Below, in pieces: positions 1-7,884 of a stretch of DNA of 21,472 bases. Origin of the DNA: an uncultured virus (IMG/VR IMGVR_UViG_3300027719_000270) (lineage: Duplodnaviria; Heunggongvirae; Uroviricota; Caudoviricetes). The notes under the pieces were generated by a model that ran no database searches, was not told where the DNA came from, and saw nothing but the letters and a program-made list of their open reading frames with translations. The stretch lies in IMG/VR virus record IMGVR_UViG_3300027719_000270. One strand, written 5' to 3'. Position numbers and translations under genes: made by a program. Position 1 is the first letter of the stretch. The number at the start of each line of letters is the position of its first letter.

Positions 1-272
1 TCATGTACAACCCCGTCATCATTCATATCGATAAGTGGAATCTTTTTCCCTTCTTCATAAAGAGCCAACCTGCCGCAAAGACATCCCTGCTTATTGCATA
101 TATGCGTTAACGCATGTACCGTTTTGTCTTGTAATTCTCTTTTTCTTGCGTTTGGGACGAGATCATGAGCTCTTTTGAAAAGATCCTCTAAATTGAAGTT
201 TAGATCTGGAGTTGTGCCATTTAATCCAACCGCTCTACGATAATTTATTTTCTTTATTTTTACTTCGCCCAT
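1..272 (-). CDS. Hypothetical protein, N-terminal 90 aa (runs off the left edge)
   Basis: Not in the ORF track. ATG at 272, open to base 1: MGEVKIKKINYRRAVGLNGTTPDLNFNLEDLFKRAHDLVPNARKRELQ...CGRLALYEEGKKIPLIDMNDDGVVH. AT-rich upstream spacer. Confidence 0.75.
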   Translation of the reverse strand, partial: MGEVKIKKINYRRAVGLNGTTPDLNFNLEDLFKRAHDLVPNARKRELQDKTVHALTHICNKQGCLCGRLALYEEGKKIPLIDMNDDGVVH

Positions 273-295
273 AAGATTGTAATTTATATTGTTAA

Positions 296-301
296 ATTAT
301 A
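296..301 (-). promoter_or_regulatory. Possible -10 element (TATAAT) for the ORF starting at 272
   Basis: Perfect TATAAT on the minus strand 23 nt upstream of the ATG. No canonical -35. The same TCGTATAA 8-mer lies upstream of the repressor (3063-3070). Confidence 0.35.
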
Positions 302-315
302 CGACATTTGTAATT

Positions 316-465
316 CTATCACCCTTTCAGCTCTGCAATCAAGCTTTTACGCTACTAACGTGAGACTTGTGCTCATTTTCTAAAGTGCTTAATGACGTGA
401 GCAGGCGGTCTATAAAGTCGGCTATGGGGTCTTTGGGGAGGGTTTAAGTTCGCAATCGCAAACCA
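316..465 (-). pseudogene. Degenerate copy of the 3' half of the gene at 1323-1580
   Basis: Aligns by eye to 1323-1474 with about 18 substitutions and two 1-bp deletions in T-runs. The corrected frame reads VCDCELK.LPKDPIADFIDRLLTSLSTLENEHKSHVSSVK.LIAELKG*. Confidence 0.85.
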
Positions 466-485
466 TTGTAGCAACGCTTGCTATA

Positions 486-569
486 TTATTTTCCCGGGTT
501 AGGCTTCGGCGGCGTTCTTATGGGTTTAGCCGGAGGAATGCTTCTCTTTTCCGAATTATTGTCAGCCAT
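486..569 (-). CDS. 27-aa Pro/Lys-rich peptide MADNNSEKRSIPPAKPIRTPPKPNPGK
   Basis: Below the ORF-track cutoff. ATG 2 nt after the stop of the upstream ORF, with GAGG SD-like sequence about 10 nt upstream. Shares a motif with the upstream ORF. Confidence 0.6.
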   Translation of the reverse strand: MADNNSEKRSIPPAKPIRTPPKPNPGK

Positions 570-571
570 AT

Positions 572-817
572 CTATTTTTCCTCTGAAGAAGCCGTTTTGG
601 AATTATTCTGCGGCTGGTCATTCGGTTTTCTTACTGCTTTCATTACAGGCGCAGAGTCCATCGCATAACTCTTAAAAATTGTTACTTCCGGCTGGTTTGC
701 TTTCTCATGAGTCTTTCTTACCGCCGCCATTGGCGGGATTGAGTTTGCCACAACCATTATTTCCTTTGTTTTGTTTATGCTTTTTTGAACATTACCACTA
801 TCGCCTTTATTACTCAT
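572..817 (-). CDS. Small hydrophilic, low-complexity protein with an internal repeated motif
   Basis: ATG at 817 overlaps the end of 810-1298 (alternative ATG at 823). Contains SIPPMAAVRK and SAPVMKAVRK. Confidence 0.65.
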   Translation of the reverse strand: MSNKGDSGNVQKSINKTKEIMVVANSIPPMAAVRKTHEKANQPEVTIFKSYAMDSAPVMKAVRKPNDQPQNNSKTASSEEK

Positions 818-1298
818 AACCATTAACCCTTTCAGTTTTAATTGGTTTAGTTAAACCATTGTCCTTTTCTGTGCTGCAAAATTTTCCAAAAGAAAAAAGT
901 AGTCCGATTGAAATTAGGGCTACGATAAAAGAAACTCTAATGAATATATTACACAAATCTGCGAATTTTCCGTAGCGATTTACGTTTTTTACAGCTGCCA
1001 TTCTTCCGTTTTCATCTAATTGATCATCATTTGCATCATAATGCGAATTACATGATATGGTAGCAACAATACAGGATACAACCTCAATGCCTACGCAGAA
1101 TAAAAATCCCCAAAAAGCAATATATAGAAAAATTTTATCAATTAGATTTGTAAATCTTGAGATAAAATCAATTTGGGTAAACATCAAAGCAATAGCACCG
1201 GAAGATACGCTAAGAATTAATTTAGATAAAAACAGAGAATTTTCCTCATATAAATGAAGGGAATATTGCCGCATTTGATTTTCTCTGTCTTCTTGCAT
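810..1298 (-). CDS. Hypothetical membrane protein (about 3 TM helices)
   Basis: Three hydrophobic stretches (LILSVSSGAIALMF; IFLYIAFWGFLFCVGIEVVSCIVA; IFIRVSFIVALISIGLLFSF). Very AT-rich. Confidence 0.8.
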   Translation of the reverse strand: MQEDRENQMRQYSLHLYEENSLFLSKLILSVSSGAIALMFTQIDFISRFTNLIDKIFLYIAFWGFLFCVGIEVVSCIVATISCNSHYDANDDQLDENGRMAAVKNVNRYGKFADLCNIFIRVSFIVALISIGLLFSFGKFCSTEKDNGLTKPIKTERVNGYE

Positions 1299-1322
1299 AT
1301 TGGCGATTTTACAAAAAAATAC

Positions 1323-1474
1323 CTATTCCCCTTTCAGCTCTTCAATCAAGCTTTTTACGCTACTAACGTGAGACTTATGGGCGGTTTCTAAGGTGTTTAT
1401 GGACATTTGCAGACGGTCTATAAAGTCGGCTATGGGTTCTTTGGGGAGGGTTTTAAGTTCGCAATCGCAGACCA
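1323..1474. repeat. Second copy of the 150-bp imperfect direct repeat (partner 316-465)
   Basis: Shared blocks include acgctactaacgtgagactt and cggtctataaagtcggctatggg. Confidence 0.9.
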
Positions 1475-1580
1475 CGTAGTCGGCGCCGTCTATGTTTATA
1501 ACATGTATAGCCTCTACGTCCCGCTTGCACTTTGGGCAGCGATAGGGAAACTTGAGGGGGATTTTTTTGCCTGAAACCAT
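1323..1580 (-). CDS. Small putative zinc-ribbon protein with C-terminal helix
   Basis: CPKC...CDC cysteine pattern, amphipathic C-terminus, 3 nt from the upstream stop. Confidence 0.7.
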   Translation of the reverse strand: MVSGKKIPLKFPYRCPKCKRDVEAIHVINIDGADYVVCDCELKTLPKEPIADFIDRLQMSINTLETAHKSHVSSVKSLIEELKGE

Positions 1581-1583
1581 GGG

Positions 1584-1898
1584 CTACTTTTGCTTTAATG
1601 CTTTTAGAATCTCGGCGTTTGACGCCTCAATGCGTGAGGCAGACTTGCATAATTGAGAGAGCGCAAGCAAAAGGGCCGCCGCAAGCAGGCTTGAAACAAG
1701 CGCGGATATCCCCCAGCCCTGCAATTTTGCTATGCTTAAAAATATGCACGCAAAAACGCCCGAGAGCATTTGCAAAACCGCAAAAACGTTCAGGATAAGG
1801 CAAATTGATGGTGCTTTATTGGGGTTTGACTGTTGCGCGTACTTTGAGGGATTTGGATTAAGTCCCAAGTTCTCAAGATCTGAATCAAGGTTTTTCAT
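1584..1898 (-). CDS. Hypothetical two-TM membrane protein
   Basis: AAGGAAG SD, two hydrophobic segments, N-terminal LGLNPNPSKY motif. Confidence 0.8.
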   Translation of the reverse strand: MKNLDSDLENLGLNPNPSKYAQQSNPNKAPSICLILNVFAVLQMLSGVFACIFLSIAKLQGWGISALVSSLLAAALLLALSQLCKSASRIEASNAEILKALKQK

Positions 1899-1940
1899 GT
1901 CGGCTTCCTTTTTTATTGGGGCGGATTTTTTTTGCCCATT

Positions 1941-2624
1941 TTATTCAAATTTTCTAGAGGCCTTCAATTCTTCTATCTTAAGCTCTATATCGTGAATATC
2001 AGACTCTAAGTCGCGTATTTTATCATATTTATCTTTATTCTCGCTAAATGGAAGTTGAGATACATCAACCTTTTCAATTTCTTTATTCAAAGCCTCAAGA
2101 GTTAAGTCATCAATTTTTTGGTATATTTCTTTTTTGCCCGGGCGTATGTCAAAATAGTAAACGTCTTCTCTATATTCATTTATATATAATGCCATCAGGA
2201 TAAAGGTTCCGTCCTCATTCGGTTTAACCTCGGCCTTAAAGTCATCATTGCTCCATGCGCCGTATCCATTTTGCATCGCAAGGCGGCCATAAATTTTATT
2301 TTCCTTAATATCGGCTTCCCGAATCTTATAATCAAACTTTGCTATTTTACCCAATTTACGTTCAACAGCGGCAATCTTTTCGTCTTTAATGCGCAACGCT
2401 TCGGCGGCTTGGGCTGCAAGTTCCTTTTGCTTAAAATGCGATTGGAGTTTGATTATCCCAAGGCTGAAAAGTAAGAGTACGGCAGCCGATGCGATATAAA
2501 TGTATTTTCTGGGGAATCTGCCAACTTTTCGATTTTCATGACACCCCGAATATTTTTTCGGATTAGGGTTAATCCCCATGCCTGACAACATTTTATCTGC
2601 ATCTTTTATCTGATTATTTTTCAT
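1941..2624 (-). CDS. Single-pass membrane protein with coiled coils (lysogen accessory; superinfection-exclusion candidate)
   Basis: AAGGAA SD, TM segment YIYIASAAVLLLFSLGII, charged helical tail. Lies 17 nt downstream of the repressor stop. Confidence 0.8.
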   Translation of the reverse strand: MKNNQIKDADKMLSGMGINPNPKKYSGCHENRKVGRFPRKYIYIASAAVLLLFSLGIIKLQSHFKQKELAAQAAEALRIKDEKIAAVERKLGKIAKFDYKIREADIKENKIYGRLAMQNGYGAWSNDDFKAEVKPNEDGTFILMALYINEYREDVYYFDIRPGKKEIYQKIDDLTLEALNKEIEKVDVSQLPFSENKDKYDKIRDLESDIHDIELKIEELKASRKFE

Positions 2625-2641
2625 GGATGTTCCTTCTTCGG

Positions 2642-3058
2642 TTACTTGTCAGCGTCAGACTCGTATCTTTTTGTTAAAAGCTCCAGAACTAATTCAAGCT
2701 TTGTTCGATCTCCATTTTCGTAAAGTTTTAAAAGCTCTATGGCTGTATCCACAATTTGGGATCTCGTCATTTTACTGTATACAATTTCGTATAAATCTAA
2801 AAGGCTCTGGTTATCTGTTTGGGCTTTACCTTGATTCGATTTTGATATGAAATCCTCGACACTTATTGAATCATCTTCAAGGAGAGCCTGGGATATTTTA
2901 AATTTTTCAGCTAAGGCGTTTAATGCCCTTGAATAGGGCTTTTGTCCATTAAACCATCTGGAAATCGTTGGTTGATTAACGCCAATTAAATCAGATAGCC
3001 CACGTTGCGTTAACCCGCTGCGCTTCATGAGGTATTTTATTTTCTCGGAAAAATGCAT
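2642..3058 (-). CDS. XRE-family HTH prophage repressor (Mu c / cI position)
   Basis: GLTQRGLSDLIGVNQPTISRWFNG HTH. Divergent from the Ner-like gene. No S24 peptidase domain apparent in 138 aa. Confidence 0.9.
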   Translation of the reverse strand: MHFSEKIKYLMKRSGLTQRGLSDLIGVNQPTISRWFNGQKPYSRALNALAEKFKISQALLEDDSISVEDFISKSNQGKAQTDNQSLLDLYEIVYSKMTRSQIVDTAIELLKLYENGDRTKLELVLELLTKRYESDADK

Positions 3059-3136
3059 AATTTTATACGATTTCGCTTGACCTGATATGATTTTTGATTC
3101 AAATTCGGCTCATAAAAACGGAAAACGCTATCTTAA
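3059..3136. promoter_or_regulatory. Divergent lysis/lysogeny promoter-operator region
   Basis: 78-bp AT-rich spacer between divergent HTH genes. TTGACC at 3077-3082 and inverted repeat TTTGA-T-TCAAA at 3093-3103. Confidence 0.65.
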
Positions 3137-3340
3137 ATGGCACAAAATAAAATGAAGGCAATACAAAAGAGTTCCCCCGAAGACTTACGCAAAATATTGC
3201 GGGAGCAGGGTTATTCTTTGGTGGGTTGGGCGCGCGCAAACGGATATAGTCGTATTACGGTTACCAGAGCGTTGTCCGGTCGGCATTTAGGCAAGCGCGG
3301 GCGCGAAATCCGCGCAAAGGTTGAAGGGCTTACAAAATGA
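3137..3340 (+). CDS. Ner/Cro-like small DNA-binding protein (BcepMu gp16-like)
   Basis: LREQGYSLVGWARANGYSRITVTRALSG...GKRGREI pattern. First gene of the early operon. Confidence 0.85.
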   Translation: MAQNKMKAIQKSSPEDLRKILREQGYSLVGWARANGYSRITVTRALSGRHLGKRGREIRAKVEGLTK

Positions 3341-3603
3341 ATAACAGAAAGGTCGAAACTATGGAAACTAGTGCAGATGTGGTCATAAAGCAAATGTTAA
3401 CGTGCCGCCAAGATACGTTGATGGAAAGGGATGCGGCATATCTAAATGCGGTTAATAAGTGCATCCGAGATTACCAAAAACTTATTGCCGACGCCACATT
3501 GTTACTCGGTGCTAAATCCCCCTTTGTAGAGGAATGTGCGAAAATTATGAACGCACAACGCGATAACATCATCGCTGTCGCAAACACGCCAAACCGCTAT
3601 TAA
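3337..3603 (+). CDS. Hypothetical protein
   Basis: ATGA overlap with the Ner-like gene; helical 88 aa. Confidence 0.7.
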   Translation: MNNRKVETMETSADVVIKQMLTCRQDTLMERDAAYLNAVNKCIRDYQKLIADATLLLGAKSPFVEECAKIMNAQRDNIIAVANTPNRY

Positions 3604-3619
3604 TTCACGACTTTAACCT

Positions 3620-4606
3620 ATGAATACAGAAAAACAACTCTATATGACGGCAGATGAGCTGATGCAGCTCCCCTGCCACCCACTGAGAAACAAGCAAATG
3701 TATGCGCCGATTGACCTCAAGGGCAAATCGACGGACGTAATCCTAAAAGGATACTTTGAGGATAGGCGGGAGGAAGACGAAGCTCTTGAGATGTCGGTAG
3801 CGCAGCTCGGCGTGCAAACCCCCGTAATTATCGACGAATTTAACCAAATAGTCGATGGCAAGCGCCGCATAAGGGCGGCCTACAAATTTGATAAGGGGAT
3901 GAAAATCCCCGTCCATATATGCCTTTCTGTCGAAGCGGAGCTTATTTTGGTAAACTCCATAATGCACTTAAGGCACCTGACAAAATTTCAACGCCTTTTT
4001 ACGGTATTTCCCTATGTGCGCGATATGGCAAACGCCCTGGTCGATATAGCCGCCCGTGCCAAAGTAAGTAATTTTAAAGCGGGTAATTCCCCAACAGCGC
4101 AAACTTTGCGCTCTCGGGATGACGAGGCGCAAAATATTGCGGACTCCGTTGTTTATTACGGTGACGGTAAGCGAGTTGTAAGGCTCTTTCGCCTTGAAGA
4201 CTTGGCGCAACTCTTAAGCGTTTCGGCACGTTACCTTAATTACGTCAAGGGTATATATGACGCCATAGATGCAGCCGAAGATCCGGAGAGCGCGGCGGTC
4301 ATAGCCTATAGGTGCATATTTTGCGACAGCACACCTATTGAGCGCATAGCAAGCGCGGTGGGCGGCGCGTTTTCAGAGCGCAACACCGCCGATGAGGCAA
4401 ACCGCCCCATGAGCGAACTTTTGGGCAAAGTTGAAAAAGCCCTTGAAACCTTGGCTCTGCGCGTAAGCAAAGACTCAATTTTGCATGACGCCGCGGCCAT
4501 GGAAGAACTCGGCAAACGCTTTGAAACGTTCGCCTTAAAACTACCCGCCGAACTGCGCGACATTTTGTCAAAAAAACTTCGCGCGGCACAGCAGATAACA
4601 AAGTAG
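3620..4606 (+). CDS. ParB/Srx N-terminal domain protein with downstream HTH-like segment
   Basis: GVQTPVII...IVDGKRRIRAA ParB box, N...RHLT motif, LAQLLSVSARYL HTH-like segment. Confidence 0.8.
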   Translation: MNTEKQLYMTADELMQLPCHPLRNKQMYAPIDLKGKSTDVILKGYFEDRREEDEALEMSVAQLGVQTPVIIDEFNQIVDGKRRIRAAYKFDKGMKIPVHICLSVEAELILVNSIMHLRHLTKFQRLFTVFPYVRDMANALVDIAARAKVSNFKAGNSPTAQTLRSRDDEAQNIADSVVYYGDGKRVVRLFRLEDLAQLLSVSARYLNYVKGIYDAIDAAEDPESAAVIAYRCIFCDSTPIERIASAVGGAFSERNTADEANRPMSELLGKVEKALETLALRVSKDSILHDAAAMEELGKRFETFALKLPAELRDILSKKLRAAQQITK

Positions 4607-4610
4607 CGCC

Positions 4611-6392
4611 ATGAAAAGCACCTACACGCAGCATGAAAAGGCCGAGTTTGTCGCACGCGTCGATGAGCTTATGCGCTTTGAAAACCTGTCACAAAACGCG
4701 GCCGCTGCGCGTGTGGGTGTAACGGGCGCACAGGTGCTTAAGTGGCGCCGCGCCCTGCTTGCGGGCGGCGTCACCGCACTGCAAAACAGATACGCCGCCT
4801 GCGGCCGCAAACCAATGTATGTGCCGACAGAAGCGGAATCTCAGGCCTTGCGCGAGCTTGTTTTGAATACCGACCCCACAAGCGGCGCGCGCGTCAATAA
4901 AATATTGGCGGCGCAACTTTTTGCGCGCGATGAGCGTTGCTCTGACGCTCTGCGGGCGATACTTGAAAATTTGGGCATGTCGCGCCGAGCTTTGCCGCCG
5001 ACAATCGCCAAGGCAATGCACGTGCGCAAGTCTGATAAGGACCTATTGCGCGGCGGCAAGCGTTACGCCCTTGAGGGGCTTGTAACCCCGCGCGAGCTGT
5101 CTTACATTGACGAAATGGGCGCTATTCAAGCCCTTATGCCGGGCGACCTTTGGGAGAGCGACGACATGCATTTAAACGGCATGTTCTGGGTACCGTGGGA
5201 GAGCGACACCGACAAATGCGCAACAAAATTCGGCTGCCGCGTCTTCAGGGCGCAGCTCTTGCCTTTTTTGGATGTGGCGACGGGCGGCTTTGTTGCCTAC
5301 TCTTTAATCTTGCGCGAAAGCGACGCCTACAAGGCCGAAGACATCCGCTGGGCGCTGTCGCACCTGTTTAACACGGTGGGCGTGCCGCGCACCCTGCGCT
5401 TTGAGCACGGTTCTTGGGCGTCAAACGCCGTAGAAAGCATAGAAAAAGACATACACGTATGCCGCATTGTCCATGCAAAAACCGCCAAGGGTAAAATCAT
5501 AGAGGGGCGCTTTAACGTCCTACAACGCGTGCTTGCGGTCAACGAAATACACCTGGGCCGCAAACGCGGAGAGTTTGAATGGGCAAACTCTCAATGGATG
5601 GCCTACCGCAACGGCGTGCGCGATCCGCGCAAAGAAATCCCGAGCCTTGCCGAACAGGTGCAGCGCTTAGACGCCGCCTTTGCCTTTGTGAACAACAAGC
5701 CCATGAATGGGGAGCTATACGGCCCCGACAACGCCAAAAAGCTGCATAATTTGCCCTACTGGATACCGCAACAGATTGCGGATAAATTTTATTTGGATAA
5801 CCCGGCACCCCGCAAGCCCGAGCTTGAAGAAATGCTCGCGGTCTTGCCCGCCGCGCGCGACGTTTCAATCCGCAACGGCCTTGTGCGCGTTAAGATGGAA
5901 GATTTTGGCGGGGTGTATTATTTCCACAGCCCCGAATTTGCGCGCGTGGGCGACGGGTGGCCCGTTCGGGTATGCTTTGACCCGACCGATCCGGAAATGG
6001 GCGCCGGCATACTTTCGCAACGCGATACCGACGATGCGCGCAACCTTTTAAATATCAAGCGCGGGGCGTTTATTTGCCGCGCGGCGTATGTTGAACGCGT
6101 GCCGCAATTTGCCGTAGGCGGCGGCGACACGCTGGGCTTTGACCGAGCAAAGCGCCACGCAAAGCTTGCCCATTTACTTTTTAGGGAAATTGTGCCGGCG
6201 CACCGCCACCGCGGCGTCACCGTGCACGAATTCCGCAGCGGCACGTCCGGGGAACGCACCGAGGTGCGGGGGCTTTTGCCCGCGCAAGCGCCGTGCCCGA
6301 CAGTCGCGCCGCGCCGCAGCGCGGCAGAACCCGCGCCAAGCGACCGCCGAGGGGCGGCCATAGACGTGGAAAAGCTTTTTACGGTTGAGTAA
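4611..6392 (+). CDS. Mu A-like DDE transposase
   Basis: N-terminal HTH, PGDLWESDD, FLDVATG, GVPRTLRFEHG, KGKIIEGRF, and C-terminal VRVCFDPTD segment. Directly upstream of a B-like ATPase. Confidence 0.92.
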   Translation: MKSTYTQHEKAEFVARVDELMRFENLSQNAAAARVGVTGAQVLKWRRALLAGGVTALQNRYAACGRKPMYVPTEAESQALRELVLNTDPTSGARVNKILAAQLFARDERCSDALRAILENLGMSRRALPPTIAKAMHVRKSDKDLLRGGKRYALEGLVTPRELSYIDEMGAIQALMPGDLWESDDMHLNGMFWVPWESDTDKCATKFGCRVFRAQLLPFLDVATGGFVAYSLILRESDAYKAEDIRWALSHLFNTVGVPRTLRFEHGSWASNAVESIEKDIHVCRIVHAKTAKGKIIEGRFNVLQRVLAVNEIHLGRKRGEFEWANSQWMAYRNGVRDPRKEIPSLAEQVQRLDAAFAFVNNKPMNGELYGPDNAKKLHNLPYWIPQQIADKFYLDNPAPRKPELEEMLAVLPAARDVSIRNGLVRVKMEDFGGVYYFHSPEFARVGDGWPVRVCFDPTDPEMGAGILSQRDTDDARNLLNIKRGAFICRAAYVERVPQFAVGGGDTLGFDRAKRHAKLAHLLFREIVPAHRHRGVTVHEFRSGTSGERTEVRGLLPAQAPCPTVAPRRSAAEPAPSDRRGAAIDVEKLFTVE

Positions 6393-6413
6393 AAATTAAA
6401 CAAAAGGTCAAAA

Positions 6414-7400
6414 ATGGAAAATCCAATCATCACAGAAATCGGTCAGTTGGTTACGCGTTGCGAGAAGCACCAAAAGGCTTTGGGGCTCTCGGACAACGCT
6501 TTTGCGGTTAAATACCGCGATTTTGTGGGCAGTTCAAAAACGTGGCGCCAGCGCCTTTGCGGCGGCAATTACGAGGGCGTTAAATTGGACCGCATACTTA
6601 AAAAGCTCCGCAATTTTGTAAGCCTTTTGGACGGCGGGGCTGCCATGGAGCAAATCTATGACGATTTGCCAATATTCCAGCAGTTTATCGGGCGCTACAA
6701 CCGTCTGCAAAGCGCGCGCACAGACAGGCGCGTGATGGTGTTTTTGGGAGAGACGGGCGTCGGCAAATCGGTATGCGCACGCCATATTCTGCGCGAAAGC
6801 CCGTCGGAAACCGCTTACGTGCGTTGCCAGCCTACTTGGAAAGATAATCATTTAGCTATATTAAACGGAATTTTGCGCGCACTCGGCAAAGACCAGGTAT
6901 CGCGCAAGGCAAAGGCGCTTGAGATGGTGCTTGAGCACCTTAAAAGCAACCCGATGACGGTAATATTCGACGAGGCGCACGACGGCGGGGTGGTGCTGCT
7001 TAAGCTTATTAAGAGCTTGGTAGATGAAACGCCCTGCAAGTTTATAGTTATGGCATATCCGACTTTGTGGAAGCGCATGCTCCTTGCAAGTTCAGACGCC
7101 CACGCCGAGGCGCGTCAGCTTTTTGGGCGCACGCAAAAGCCCGTATTTGACCGCTATGCCGGCGGTACAACAGCGGATAACATAGAGGTATTTTTAAAAC
7201 GCTCTACGGCGCTTAACGGCTCATCCAAAGACGTGGCCGCGCAAATCTTGGAAATTGTGCGGCATAACGGGAATCTGCGCCTGGTGGCGGACATTGTGGA
7301 CGCCGCCGACGCGCTTTATATGGAGACCGAAGAGGAACTTGACGGTCCCAAGGTTATAAAACTGGCGCAAGAACTTTCAAACCCGGGAGGTGCGAAGTGA
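6414..7400 (+). CDS. Mu B-like AAA+ transposition ATPase
   Basis: Walker A GETGVGKS, Walker B VIFDEAH, C-terminal GNLR motif. Confidence 0.92.
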   Translation: MENPIITEIGQLVTRCEKHQKALGLSDNAFAVKYRDFVGSSKTWRQRLCGGNYEGVKLDRILKKLRNFVSLLDGGAAMEQIYDDLPIFQQFIGRYNRLQSARTDRRVMVFLGETGVGKSVCARHILRESPSETAYVRCQPTWKDNHLAILNGILRALGKDQVSRKAKALEMVLEHLKSNPMTVIFDEAHDGGVVLLKLIKSLVDETPCKFIVMAYPTLWKRMLLASSDAHAEARQLFGRTQKPVFDRYAGGTTADNIEVFLKRSTALNGSSKDVAAQILEIVRHNGNLRLVADIVDAADALYMETEEELDGPKVIKLAQELSNPGGAK

Positions 7401-7666
7401 GTATTAAAATATTAATGGGAAAAGATGGTATCCAAGCCTTGCGTGAACTTTTGGATGATAAACCCAAAGCCCTAAACAAGCTGATAGAACTGGCTTCAAG
7501 TCTCGTCCTTTTAGAATCTAAAGTTGGAGAATTAACCCATGCGCTAGAATACACAAAGCGAGTTGCCCGCGGTGCAAAATACGACGATAAAGGCACATTT
7601 GTTCCGTATCAAATGCGTACCGACGCCCGCGCAATTTTAAAGGTTATGAAAGGAGGCGCGAAGTGA
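7386..7666 (+). repeat. 15-bp direct repeat GGAGG(T/C)GCGAAGTGA at 7386-7400 and 7652-7666
   Basis: 14/15 identical. Each copy contains an SD and a GTGA stop/start overlap. Confidence 0.75.
7397..7666 (+). CDS. Hypothetical protein
   Basis: GTG start coupled to the B stop, GGAGG SD. AT-richer than its neighbours. Confidence 0.75.
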   Translation: MSIKILMGKDGIQALRELLDDKPKALNKLIELASSLVLLESKVGELTHALEYTKRVARGAKYDDKGTFVPYQMRTDARAILKVMKGGAK

Positions 7667-7884
7667 ATACTTCCAAATGCGTAAAGGCTCTTTTTATCCG
7701 CGCGCGCTCATATATGCCGAACGCGCAGCGGCAAGAGCTTTTGCGCGCGCTTGAAAGCGATGAGACTGCGCTGCTTTGCGTAAATAAAATACGCGACCGC
7801 AGGGCACTTATAGGCAAAACGCCCCGCGTTAAAAAGTCAAATATCGAAGAAAAACAAACTACATTATTCGGAGGTAATCTATGA
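7663..7884 (+). CDS. Hypothetical protein
   Basis: GTGA coupling, GGAGG SD. Confidence 0.7.
   Translation: MNTSKCVKALFIRARSYMPNAQRQELLRALESDETALLCVNKIRDRRALIGKTPRVKKSNIEEKQTTLFGGNL

Noticed and set aside
478..675. Plus-strand 65-aa hydrophobic ORF
   Set aside because: TTG start without SD, antisense to two coupled minus-strand ORFs. Its hydrophobicity mirrors their Lys/Asn/Pro codons.
316..1474. The repeat pair as a DGR template/variable repeat or as att sites
   Set aside because: Mismatches are not confined to adenines, there is no reverse transcriptase or integrase in the window, and Mu-like phages make only short target duplications.
1918..1937. Weak hairpin GGGCGGA...TTTTGCCC between two leftward genes
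   Set aside because: Short stem dependent on G-U pairs on the non-coding strand, with no U-tract in the transcribed direction.
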